Shown here: piece by piece, positions 21,115 through 30,278 of the stretch
Numbering within the stretch: position 1 is the first letter of the stretch
Layout: each line of letters starts with the position of its first letter
Origin: Candidatus Puniceispirillum sp.
GTDB lineage: Bacteria > Pseudomonadota > Alphaproteobacteria > Puniceispirillales > Puniceispirillaceae
Direction of reading: 5' to 3'
Assembly: GCA_016780525.1 (NCBI GenBank)
Contig: JADHLR010000001.1
Coordinates: 1-51,603, forward strand
DNA: 51,603 nucleotides
Made by a program: the position numbers and the translations under genes
The notes under the pieces: generated by a model
Told to the model about the DNA's origin: nothing
Database searches by the model: none
What the model saw: only the letters and a program-made list of their open reading frames with translations

Positions 21115-22098
21115 CTATGCGACAGGCCGCCATCGGTGCGCCAAATGCGCTGTTTTGGCGGCAACAGCGGCGCCAGAAAGTCCGGCATATGGATCCACCG
21201 ACAGATAAAGCGGCAGGTCATGCAGAAATTGGCTGCGACGGCCATGATCGCCAAGCCGCTCAAAAAACCCGCTTGTTGGCAACAGCCCGATCAGTTTCGG
21301 CATGATGCCGCCGGCGATGACAATGCCCGATCCGGCACCAAAGGTCAGTGCCGCATTCGCCAATGCGGTTGCAAACGCGCGCTGCATAAGCGCGACAGCG
21401 TCGCGTGCGGCACCGTCTGCGGTTATCGCGGCTGCACCAATCTCGGCGGCGGTCTTGCCAGCCTGGCCAGTCATCACATGATAAATCGATTCCAGCCCGG
21501 GGCCACTGACAAATCGTTCGGCAGATACATGGCCCCATTGTTTTTGCAACACATCCAAAACCGCCCGTTCATCTGCATGCCGCGCGGCAAAACTGACATG
21601 CCCGCCTTCACCCTCGATCACCGCCACATCATCACCAACAGGCATGATTGCCGCCACGCCAAGCCCGGTGCCCGGCCCGCTGACCAGCAATGGCGTTTGC
21701 GGCCGCGGCGTGCCTTGACGGATGATCTGGCGGGCACCAGCACGCGCCGCCGCCCCGTCAGGGGCAAGTAAATCAGCATGCGCCAACGCCTGTGCGCAAA
21801 AATCATTGATCAGCATATAGCGCGATGCGCCGCACGCCCGCGCCGCTGAAACACCCCGAAACCGCCAGTGATTATTAGTGATCGTCACCTCATCACCATG
21901 CAGATCAGCCGCCACCGCCAGCAGCAGCGCCTCAGGACGGATGCGGCGGCGTTCACAATAGCTGGCAAGCGACTGTTCAACGCTGGCAAAATCGCTGCAA
22001 GACAGGCTCTCTATCGCGTCCAGCTCGCTATGCGCGGTCTGCTGATCCTGCACAGCAAGGCGTATATTCGTGCCGCCAATATCCGCCAGAACAATCAT
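21115..22098 (-). CDS. glk: Glucokinase (Glk family)
   Basis: LADIGGTNIRLA, INDF, GPGTGLG, EGGHVSF and SAERFVSGPGL. Confidence 0.92.
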   Translation of the reverse strand: MIVLADIGGTNIRLAVQDQQTAHSELDAIESLSCSDFASVEQSLASYCERRRIRPEALLLAVAADLHGDEVTITNNHWRFRGVSAARACGASRYMLINDFCAQALAHADLLAPDGAAARAGARQIIRQGTPRPQTPLLVSGPGTGLGVAAIMPVGDDVAVIEGEGGHVSFAARHADERAVLDVLQKQWGHVSAERFVSGPGLESIYHVMTGQAGKTAAEIGAAAITADGAARDAVALMQRAFATALANAALTFGAGSGIVIAGGIMPKLIGLLPTSGFFERLGDHGRRSQFLHDLPLYLSVDPYAGLSGAAVAAKTAHLAHRWRPVA

Positions 22099-22265
22099 CA
22101 AACGGCCCCACCCGCGCCAATTTTACCCGCGCCAGCTTTGCCCGCGCCAATTTCATAAAACAGTTTCAGCAGCGCATCGCAGCCGTGATCCGGCAAGCCG
22201 GGCCTGTTCGGTAACGCGCCACAATGCTCGATCATGCCATTCATGCTTGCTTGTGCCTCGCTCAT
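22098..22265 (-). CDS. Candidate 55-aa small protein translationally coupled to glk
   Basis: GAGAGG RBS before ATG 22265. Stop overlaps the glk ATG (TGATG). Contains an in-frame 15-bp triple repeat. No family recognised. Confidence 0.35.
   Translation of the reverse strand: MSEAQASMNGMIEHCGALPNRPGLPDHGCDALLKLFYEIGAGKAGAGKIGAGGAV
22111..22155. repeat. 15-bp imperfect triple tandem repeat
   Basis: CCCGCGCCAATTTTA / CCCGCGCCAGCTTTG / CCCGCGCCAATTTCA. Confidence 0.85.
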
Positions 22266-22540
22266 GCGCAGACGCCTCTCATCTATTCGCGATACGGCCA
22301 CCTTGCGGTGTTTTCCGGTGAAAATCAACGTCGCGCCAAAGGCTGGCCAGCGCCTGTTTCAGGGCATGCCTGTTGTGCCGCGCCTATTTTAGTGAAGTTT
22401 TGTGATGACCGGGCTGTTGCAGATTTGTATGGTAATACAACAAAAGGTGAGACTAGCGGGTGACTTAAAAAAAGTTTTCGGGGACGGCCGTCTTTATTAA
22501 GACAAGCGGATCCGATAAAGAGCTTTTGGGGAGACAACAG

Positions 22541-24085
22541 ATGAAGGCGACCGGTCAGGATATTATCAGGGAATTGCAAAACCGCCGCGACCAGGCCCGC
22601 CTTGGCGGCGGTGCTGCGCGGATTGATCGCCAGCATGCTGCCGGCAAACTGACCGCCCGCGAACGGCTCGATGTATTGCTTGACCCGGGCAGCTTTGAAG
22701 AAACCGATATGTTTGTGGTGCATCGCAGCCGCGATTTCGGCATGGATGGCAACACCATTGCCGGGGATGGGGTGATCACCGGGTCTGGCCGCATCAACGG
22801 GCAGCTGGTCTATGTCTATTCGCAGGATTTTACCGTTTTCGGCGGCTCGCTTTCGGCCACCCACGCCAATAAGATTGTAAAAATATTAAAGCTGGCGATG
22901 CAGAATGGCGCGCCGGTGATTGGCCTGAATGACAGTGGCGGTGCGCGCATTCAAGAAGGTGTTGATTCGCTTGGCGGCTATGCAGATGTGTTTTTGCAGA
23001 ATGTCATGGCATCAGGCGTTATCCCGCAAATTTCGGTGATTATGGGGCCATGCGCTGGCGGTGCCGTCTATTCACCGGCGATGACCGATTTCACCTTTAT
23101 GGTGCGCGGCACCAGCTATATGTTTGTGACCGGGCCGGATGTTGTCAAAACCGTGACCAGCGAGGATGTCACCGCCGAAGAACTGGGCGGTGCCGACACC
23201 CATACGAAATTATCGTCGGTTGCCGATGGCGCATTTGACAATGATTTGCAGGCACTCAGCGAAATCCGCCGGCTGGTTGGCTACCTGCCGGCGAATAACA
23301 CAGATAGCGCCGCCTCTGCAGAGCCGATTGATGATCCAAAACGCACCGTGCCGGCGCTGGACAGTCTGATCCCGGACAGCCCCAATTTGCCCTATGACAT
23401 GAATGAGCTCGTCATCAGCATTGCTGATGAAGGCCGGTTTTTTGAGATCCAGCCTGATTTTGCCAAAAATATCCTGACCGGTTTTGTGCGCATGAATGGT
23501 GCCACGGTCGGTGTTGTCGCCAATCAACCAATGGTGCTGGCAGGCTGTCTTGATATTGATTCGAGCCGCAAAGCGGCGCGTTTTGTGCGGTTTTGTGATG
23601 CTTTTAATATCCCGATTTTGACGCTTGTCGATGTGCCGGGATTCATGCCGGGCACATCACAGGAATATGGCGGCATTATCAAACATGGCGCCAAGCTGTT
23701 ATTTGCCTATGCCGAAGCCACCGTGCCAAAAGTCACTCTGATTACCCGTAAAGCCTATGGCGGGGCGTATGATGTGATGAGCTCCAAACATTTGCGCGGC
23801 GATGCCAATTTTGCCTGGCCGACAGCGGAAATTGCGGTGATGGGTGCAAAGGGCGCTGTGGAGATTCTGTATCGCTCAGAACTGGGCGATGCGGAAAAAA
23901 TTGCCGCTCGCACGGCCGATTATGAAGACCGGTTTGCCAACCCGTTTATTGCCGCCGAACGCGGCTTTATTGATGATGTGATTATTCCGAGTAACAGCCG
24001 CTTTCGGTTGATTCAGGCGTTTGAAAAATTACGCAAAAAACACCTGCAAAACCCACATAAAAAATTCGGCAATATCCCGCTCTAG
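22541..24085 (+). CDS. pccB: Propionyl-CoA carboxylase beta (carboxyltransferase) subunit
   Basis: [41 protein letters not shown] and [24 protein letters not shown] before ATG 22541. Confidence 0.93.
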   Translation: MKATGQDIIRELQNRRDQARLGGGAARIDRQHAAGKLTARERLDVLLDPGSFEETDMFVVHRSRDFGMDGNTIAGDGVITGSGRINGQLVYVYSQDFTVFGGSLSATHANKIVKILKLAMQNGAPVIGLNDSGGARIQEGVDSLGGYADVFLQNVMASGVIPQISVIMGPCAGGAVYSPAMTDFTFMVRGTSYMFVTGPDVVKTVTSEDVTAEELGGADTHTKLSSVADGAFDNDLQALSEIRRLVGYLPANNTDSAASAEPIDDPKRTVPALDSLIPDSPNLPYDMNELVISIADEGRFFEIQPDFAKNILTGFVRMNGATVGVVANQPMVLAGCLDIDSSRKAARFVRFCDAFNIPILTLVDVPGFMPGTSQEYGGIIKHGAKLLFAYAEATVPKVTLITRKAYGGAYDVMSSKHLRGDANFAWPTAEIAVMGAKGAVEILYRSELGDAEKIAARTADYEDRFANPFIAAERGFIDDVIIPSNSRFRLIQAFEKLRKKHLQNPHKKFGNIPL

Positions 24086-24090
24086 AGGTG

Positions 24091-26217
24091 ATGATGTTTG
24101 AAAAAATTCTAATTGCCAATCGCGGCGAAATTGCCTGTCGGATCATCCGCACAGCGCGTGCCATGGGCATTAAAACAGTCGCCGTTCATTCCGACGTTGA
24201 TCGCAACGCACAGCATGTACAGCTTGCCGACGAGGCTGTCAGCCTTGGCGGCATGACGGCGCAGGAAAGCTACCTGCAAGCCGATAAAATCATCGCAGCC
24301 TGCCAGCAGACAGGCGCCGAAGCGGTGCATCCGGGCTATGGATTTCTGTCGGAGCAGGCGGCGTTTGCGACCGCCCTGGCAAAACAGAACATTACTTTCA
24401 TCGGCCCGCCGCCGACAGCGATTGCGGCGATGGGCGATAAGATCGAATCAAAAAAGCTGGCAAAGGCCGCCGGGGTCAGCACTGTGCCGGGGCATGTCGG
24501 GGTGATCAAAACCGCTGGCGAAGCGGTGAAAATTGCCAATGATATTGGCTATCCGGTGATGATTAAGGCAAGCGCCGGCGGTGGCGGCAAAGGCATGCGG
24601 GTGGCGCATTCAGCCGCCGAAGTCGAAAGCGGCTATGCCATGGCCATGCGCGAGGCCGCGTCAAGTTTTGGCGACGACCGGGTATTTATTGAAAAATTTA
24701 TCACCAGCCCGCGGCATATTGAAATTCAGGTGCTGGCTGACCGACATGGCCATTGCATCCATCTGAACGAACGCGAATGCTCGATCCAGCGGCGCAATCA
24801 AAAGGTGATCGAAGAAGCCCCATCACCGTTTCTGGACGCCAGCACCCGCAGGGCCATGGGAGAGGAGGCCATTCGGCTGGCAATGGCGGTTGATTATCAC
24901 AGTGCCGGAACGGTTGAATTTATTGTCGATGCCGAACGCAATTTCTATTTTCTGGAAATGAATACCCGCCTGCAGGTTGAACATCCGGTGACCGAGCTGA
25001 TCACCGGTCTTGATCTTGTTGAAGAAATGATCCGCATCGCCGCTGGTGAACTGTTGCGACACCAGCAAAAACACATTGGCATTAACGGCTGGGCCATCGA
25101 AAGCCGGTTATATGCCGAAGACCCCTATCGCAATTTCATGCCGGCAATTGGCCGCTTGTCGCTTTATCGTCCACCAGCAGAACAACAGCATGACGATAAC
25201 AGCCTGACCCGTAACGATACCGGCGTCGCCGAGGGCGATAGCATTTCGATCTATTATGACCCGATGATTGCCAAGCTATGCAGCTGGGCAGGTGACCGCG
25301 ACGCCGCCATTGACCGCATGCGAATGGCGCTTGATGATTTCATCATGCGTGGGATCGGACATAATATTCCGTTTTTGTCAGCGGTGATGGAACATGACCG
25401 TTTTTGTCGGGGTGATATCACCACCGCCTTTATCGATGAAGAATATAAAGACGGCTTTCAGGGCGTTACCGCCGCGCCGGACAGACAGCGTGATCTGGGG
25501 CTGATTATCGCCGCCGCCGCTGACGCCGATGCAGTGCGCCAACTGCCCCAAAATGCCCGATCAACCAGCCAGCCGGCAGCTCATCCAGCAGCCCGGCCAG
25601 CCGTTCAGCCAGCCGTTCAGCCAGAAAATTGGGTGGTGCAATTTGTCGCCGAGGGGAATAGCCAGCCAGCGGCCGATGATATGCTGTGTGCAGTGCAGTC
25701 AGATGACGCCGCCGCGGCTGTTGAGGTCGCGGTCAGCCCCTATCCGGCAGCGGCTGATACAACGTCGGATCGCTTTAGCATAGAGATTGACCGGGCAATT
25801 GATACGCCGCGGCTTGCCGCCCGCATCACCGACCACCAGCAACAGACGGAGCGGCACTATATTTGCCAGTTACATCAGGATAAAGACCGCTGGCATATCC
25901 ATTACCGTGGCACCGATCTGCTGGCTTATGCCCGCCCGCCGCATATCGCCGCGCTGGCGCATCATATGAAACCGGTGATCGCGCCAGACCGGTCAAATAT
26001 GCTGTTATGCCCGATGCCGGGCAATCTGGTGACAGTGCTGGTGGCCGCCGGCGATATTGTAGAGGCCGGACAAACCCTGTGCATTGTCGAAGCGATGAAA
26101 ATGGAAAATGCGCTGGTCGCCGAAAAACGTTGTCGCGTCGCGTCTATCGATGCCAAAGAAGGCGATATTCTGAGCGTTGATGCGGTGATTATGAAATTTA
26201 CCGATGCAGAGACGTGA
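24091..26217 (+). CDS. pccA: Propionyl-CoA carboxylase alpha (biotin carboxylase + BCCP) subunit
   Basis: KILIANRGEIACR, HPGYGFLSE, ERECSIQRRNQKVIEEAPS, EMNTRLQVEHPVTE and the biotin motif EAMKM. Follows pccB. Confidence 0.92.
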   Translation: MMFEKILIANRGEIACRIIRTARAMGIKTVAVHSDVDRNAQHVQLADEAVSLGGMTAQESYLQADKIIAACQQTGAEAVHPGYGFLSEQAAFATALAKQNITFIGPPPTAIAAMGDKIESKKLAKAAGVSTVPGHVGVIKTAGEAVKIANDIGYPVMIKASAGGGGKGMRVAHSAAEVESGYAMAMREAASSFGDDRVFIEKFITSPRHIEIQVLADRHGHCIHLNERECSIQRRNQKVIEEAPSPFLDASTRRAMGEEAIRLAMAVDYHSAGTVEFIVDAERNFYFLEMNTRLQVEHPVTELITGLDLVEEMIRIAAGELLRHQQKHIGINGWAIESRLYAEDPYRNFMPAIGRLSLYRPPAEQQHDDNSLTRNDTGVAEGDSISIYYDPMIAKLCSWAGDRDAAIDRMRMALDDFIMRGIGHNIPFLSAVMEHDRFCRGDITTAFIDEEYKDGFQGVTAAPDRQRDLGLIIAAAADADAVRQLPQNARSTSQPAAHPAARPAVQPAVQPENWVVQFVAEGNSQPAADDMLCAVQSDDAAAAVEVAVSPYPAAADTTSDRFSIEIDRAIDTPRLAARITDHQQQTERHYICQLHQDKDRWHIHYRGTDLLAYARPPHIAALAHHMKPVIAPDRSNMLLCPMPGNLVTVLVAAGDIVEAGQTLCIVEAMKMENALVAEKRCRVASIDAKEGDILSVDAVIMKFTDAET

Positions 26218-26240
26218 CGGCTGCTAAAACTGGTGCCGGA

Positions 26241-26912
26241 TCAGATCATTTCATCTTTGCGATCATCGGTTTCACCAAAACGTTTCAGCACAGCCGGTTT
26301 TGTGCCCTCATAAGCGGCTTCAAGATTTGCCGCAATTTTGGCATTTTCACGTTCAAATAAGCTATTGCCCGCAACATCGCTTTCGACGATGAAGGGGCCG
26401 AAATTTTCCACCTCAATCACCCACATGGCCTGTGCCAGACCAAGTTCTTTTTTCCAATGCAATTCACGCACCTGCTTGACGCCGCGGCCAAGCAGCGCAC
26501 CGGTGCCATAGCCAACCGTGGTCAGATAGATGGCACCATTCGGCACGAAATGATCGCGGTAATCCTCTGGGCTCATGCCGCCTTTGCCAATGATCAGCTT
26601 TGCCCCGGACGCCGCCAGCCAGCGGCCAATCCATTTTGAAAAGCGAAATGATGCGGTGGCGGTCACCGCACCCAACACAAAGGATCCGTCATCATGCTGG
26701 GTGGCCGCCGGCGAGCAATGAAAATTGGCCGCCGACACAGCCGGCAGATCAAGTGGCAGATCAACCCTATCCTCGATCACCCGCATATAGACGCCTTCGC
26801 GCGCGGTATAGATGGTGCCATCCAGATAGACGATATCGCCAATCTGCAGCGCCGCAATGGCGTCATCTGTGGGATTAGTGCTTAGCCGGATTTTGTTTGG
26901 GCCTGTGGCCAT
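26241..26912 (-). CDS. Class I fumarase / L-tartrate dehydratase-like hydratase, beta subunit (divergent)
   Basis: LQIGDIVYLDGTIYTAR, IIGKGG and AMWVIEVENFGPFIV. GGGAGA RBS before ATG 26912. Confidence 0.85.
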   Translation of the reverse strand: MATGPNKIRLSTNPTDDAIAALQIGDIVYLDGTIYTAREGVYMRVIEDRVDLPLDLPAVSAANFHCSPAATQHDDGSFVLGAVTATASFRFSKWIGRWLAASGAKLIIGKGGMSPEDYRDHFVPNGAIYLTTVGYGTGALLGRGVKQVRELHWKKELGLAQAMWVIEVENFGPFIVESDVAGNSLFERENAKIAANLEAAYEGTKPAVLKRFGETDDRKDEMI

Positions 26913-27838
26913 TCGACTGTCTCCCGCCGCTGGTAATCTGTGAACCATTGGGGATCTGTGCGATACGCAACCCGCCCATCCCCATAGATACGCGCCACCG
27001 CCCTCCGTGACGACAGGCAAAAAGCATGTACACTCATCTGCATGCCGCCAGTGTGGCAATAGCCAACCTCAATATTGCAATCAATCACCATGGATTTGCC
27101 AACAAATCCCATCGCGCCCATGCCGATATTATTGCCAAGATCTTTCAGCTCGTCCTCAAGTTCAGCAATTTTCGCATCGGGGTTGCGGTCGCCAACAACC
27201 CGCAAACAGGCAGCGCGTTTACCAAGCACCATACAGGCGTCTTTTGACCCACCAAGGCCAATGCCAATGATCGCCGGCTGACAGGCCAACCCGCGTTTGC
27301 CAAATGCCACAAGCGAGTCGAGGAAAAATCTTTTAATGCCCTGTATCCCGTCACTTGGAAACAGCATCCGGTAATCGGTGCCAAATAAACCGCCCTTATG
27401 CACAGTCACCAGATCAATCCAGTCGCCGCCCGGTTCAAAGCCATATTCAATCTCCGGGGCGCCAATTCCGACATTATTATCATGGTCGGTGCGCCATAAA
27501 GGATGCACCCGGTTCGGACGTAACGGCACCGACGAGGTGGCGCTTGCTGTGGCCCGCCGCAACGCCGCTTCAAGCGCTATCGGGCCACCATCAATGCGGG
27601 CCTCATTGCCCATTTTGACATACCAGCGCGGACAGCCGGTATCACCGCACATGGCGCGGCTGTCTTCTTTGGCGGCGGCATAATTTTCCAGCATGGCTTC
27701 AAGCACAAAACTGGACAAATCACCATCTTCTGCTGCGGCGGCTGTCTTCAGACCGGCGAGGTAATCATCAGGAATTTCAATGGCAGCTTTGCGCATCAGC
27801 GTTTCGGCGGTGGATTGCACAAGGTCAATGCCAATCAT
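26882..27838 (-). CDS. Class I fumarase / L-tartrate dehydratase-like Fe-S hydratase, alpha subunit (divergent)
   Basis: MCGDTG, PLRPNRVHP, ACQPAIIGIGLGG, NNIGMGAMGFVG and AFCLSSRR. Three candidate Fe-S Cys. Confidence 0.87.
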   Translation of the reverse strand: MIGIDLVQSTAETLMRKAAIEIPDDYLAGLKTAAAAEDGDLSSFVLEAMLENYAAAKEDSRAMCGDTGCPRWYVKMGNEARIDGGPIALEAALRRATASATSSVPLRPNRVHPLWRTDHDNNVGIGAPEIEYGFEPGGDWIDLVTVHKGGLFGTDYRMLFPSDGIQGIKRFFLDSLVAFGKRGLACQPAIIGIGLGGSKDACMVLGKRAACLRVVGDRNPDAKIAELEDELKDLGNNIGMGAMGFVGKSMVIDCNIEVGYCHTGGMQMSVHAFCLSSRRAVARIYGDGRVAYRTDPQWFTDYQRRETVEWPQAQTKSG

Positions 27839-29592
27839 TCTGCCGCTCCTACCAAAGTTTCCGCTTCGTCCGCGCCAAGCAATGTTTCGCCGGGTTTAAC
27901 GATGGTAAACTGCACCGGCGCACGGGCGACCGAGATATTTTTATCGCTGCCAGTTGCCAGAGTAAAATATGAATCCTGCATGGCCCCGGTATCAGGGTGA
28001 TCCTCGCGGAAATGCGCACCACGCGAATTTTCCCGCGATAATGCCGATTGTGCGATGACCCGCGACATATCGACAAGACTGCGCAAATTCAGCCAGTCAT
28101 GCCATGACAGATTAAATGCCAGATTATCCGCGGCAACACCGGTCGACGACAGCTCATCATCAATTTCGTCAATCCGATGCAGGCCACGTTGCAGGCCATC
28201 TGCATCGCGCATCACCCCGACATCTTCCCACATCACATCAAGCAGCTTGTCGCGCAACGCTGTCACATCCCCCGGCTTTTGGGCAAATGGCGCGGTGGCA
28301 CGTGCCATTTCTTCATCAAGCACGGTTTCATCCGGATCATGCAGCGCCTGCATCTTCAGGCAATCTTGTCCCATCACATCGCCAGCGACACCACCATATA
28401 CCGTTGAATTCGCCACGCCATTGCCACCAAGCCGGTTCGAGCCATGCGCGCCGCCAGCATCCTCGCCAGCCACATATAGCCCGGGCAAAGCGGTACGGGT
28501 GTCGGTATCGACAACAACGCCGCCCATCAGATAATGCGCTGTCGGCACGACCTCGACCAGACCGGCCGCCAGATCAAAGCCGCTATCGGCACAACGTTTG
28601 ACCATGCCCTTGAATTTTTCGGCAACCAATTGCGGGCCAAGATGCGCCATTGAAATATACACCCCGCCATGTGGTGAGGTGCGTCCCTGCCGCATTTCTT
28701 CGTAAATGGCACGGCTGACAATATCGCGTGTTGCACGCTCGCCGCCGGCATCATAATCAAACATAAACCGCTGTTGGTCACCATTCATCAGATGACCGCC
28801 TGCACCGCGCAGGCCTTCCTCGAGAACCGTGCCGGTCATTTTTGTGCCGGCACCGGCCAACAAGCCGGTGGGGTGAAACTGCACCATTTCCATATCGCGC
28901 AAGGCAAGCCCACGGCGCATCGCCATCGCCAGCCCATCCATGCTCTTATCGCCCGACGGGGTGTGATATTTATACATGGTTGGGCCGCCACCAGTCGCCA
29001 TCAGCACGGTTTTGGCCCGCACCAAACGAAATTTTCCGCTGCGCATATCGATAAACAGCACCCCGGCCAGCGCCGAACCATCACGCGACGGGATCAAACC
29101 AACAGCACGGTGTTCCTGCAATCTTTCAACCGGCCGCGATAATACCTGTTCCATCAGCCGGCTGATGATCTCAATACCGGTCAGATCACCTTTATGCGCG
29201 GTGCGGTCAAATGTCTGGCCGGCAAAGGCTTTTTGATGCAGCGTGCCATCCGGGTTGCGATCGAAAAAACAGCCAATCTCGTTTTCCAGCTCATGGATGC
29301 GGGTCACCGCAGTTTTGCATAATTTCCAGGCCATATCCTGATCAGGCAGCCATTTGCCGCCAATCACCGTATCCATAAAATGCCGTTCAACAGAATCACC
29401 CGGGGCCAGCGCCACATTATAGCCGCCCTGCACCATGCGGGTGCAACCGCATTTGCCAATCAGACCTTTCACAGCAATGGTGACTTTTGCATGTGGCGCG
29501 GCTTTTTGCGCATGCAGCGCGGCAAACAGACCGGCACCGCCGCTGCCCAAAATCAAAATATCTGTGTCATGACGTTCAGGTGAAAATTGCAT
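27835..29592 (-). CDS. SdhA/FrdA/NadB-family flavoprotein subunit (non-canonical)
   Basis: ILGSGGAGL, QGG, MEMVQFHPTG, TRDIVSRAI, PTAHYLMGG, HGSNRLGGN and RENSRGAHFRED. Lacks the covalent-FAD His. Confidence 0.9.
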   Translation of the reverse strand: MQFSPERHDTDILILGSGGAGLFAALHAQKAAPHAKVTIAVKGLIGKCGCTRMVQGGYNVALAPGDSVERHFMDTVIGGKWLPDQDMAWKLCKTAVTRIHELENEIGCFFDRNPDGTLHQKAFAGQTFDRTAHKGDLTGIEIISRLMEQVLSRPVERLQEHRAVGLIPSRDGSALAGVLFIDMRSGKFRLVRAKTVLMATGGGPTMYKYHTPSGDKSMDGLAMAMRRGLALRDMEMVQFHPTGLLAGAGTKMTGTVLEEGLRGAGGHLMNGDQQRFMFDYDAGGERATRDIVSRAIYEEMRQGRTSPHGGVYISMAHLGPQLVAEKFKGMVKRCADSGFDLAAGLVEVVPTAHYLMGGVVVDTDTRTALPGLYVAGEDAGGAHGSNRLGGNGVANSTVYGGVAGDVMGQDCLKMQALHDPDETVLDEEMARATAPFAQKPGDVTALRDKLLDVMWEDVGVMRDADGLQRGLHRIDEIDDELSSTGVAADNLAFNLSWHDWLNLRSLVDMSRVIAQSALSRENSRGAHFREDHPDTGAMQDSYFTLATGSDKNISVARAPVQFTIVKPGETLLGADEAETLVGAAE

Positions 29593-29595
29593 TGG

Positions 29596-29937
29596 TTACA
29601 TCGCCTGCAGAAAAAAACTTGTTGAAATAAAAAATGCCAGCGCCACGGCGGTTGCGGCATAGGTTTTTTGCCGCGGACTCCATGGCAGAAACTCCAGCGC
29701 CATCAGTCGCAGTCCGCCAAACATATGAACCGCCAGCAAAAACACCAGCCCAAATTCGGCACATTTGACGATCAGCAGATCGGTAAAGGCCAAAAACCCG
29801 TCAAGCTGTGCCGGATCCGTCAATGCCAATGCCAACATGTAAAAATGTATCGGCAAAAACAAAGCCAGTCCAATTCCCGATAAACGGTGCAGCAAAAAAG
29901 CATACCACAGGCTGTGACTGCGATGCGGACGAATCAT
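29596..29937 (-). CDS. Succinate dehydrogenase-like cytochrome b anchor (SdhC-like)
   Basis: Three TM helices with LLHRLSGIGL, PIHF and AVHMFGGLRLM. ATGA overlap at 29934-29937. Confidence 0.85.
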   Translation of the reverse strand: MIRPHRSHSLWYAFLLHRLSGIGLALFLPIHFYMLALALTDPAQLDGFLAFTDLLIVKCAEFGLVFLLAVHMFGGLRLMALEFLPWSPRQKTYAATAVALAFFISTSFFLQAM

Positions 29938-30278
29938 GCCCCGGCTCCTGCAAATGTGACCGCCCATACTGCCCGTCCACCAAGCCCCAGCAGCAAAGCG
30001 CACAGGCTCCAGCTCAGCCCGGCAAGCATCACGCCTTTCACGCCAAGCCATTCATAGAGGATGACGCGTATGCCAATCGCCGCATGCACCGACACCGCCA
30101 ATACAAAACTGCCATAAAATAAAAACCATGCCAGCGATCCCTGCGTCCGGGCCAGAATTTCAGCCACGCTCAGCCCCCCCTGAACGGCATAAATCATCAC
30201 CGCCAAATGACCAATTGTCAGCGGCGCCATGATAAGAGCGGTCAGGCGTTGCGCCATATAAAGCCGCAGCGTCAGCAT
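29934..30278 (-). CDS. Succinate dehydrogenase-like hydrophobic anchor (SdhD-like)
   Basis: Three TM helices with AQRLTALIM, IGHL and SVHAAIGIRVI. Confidence 0.83.
   Translation of the reverse strand: MLTLRLYMAQRLTALIMAPLTIGHLAVMIYAVQGGLSVAEILARTQGSLAWFLFYGSFVLAVSVHAAIGIRVILYEWLGVKGVMLAGLSWSLCALLLGLGGRAVWAVTFAGAGA

Noticed and set aside
21115-22098. Polyphosphate glucokinase, given its position next to ppk1
   Set aside because: Motifs are those of the ATP-dependent Glk family, not ROK-family PpgK.
22270-22540. Riboswitch/sRNA or PccR operator upstream of pccB
   Set aside because: No recognisable riboswitch core and only partial TTGCA-like words. An Rfam/Infernal scan would be needed.
27835-29592. 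nadB (L-aspartate oxidase) or housekeeping sdhA
   Set aside because: It is coupled to Fe-S and membrane-anchor genes with no nadA/nadC nearby. It lacks the SdhA covalent His and the sdhCDAB order and TCA context, so no symbol was assigned.
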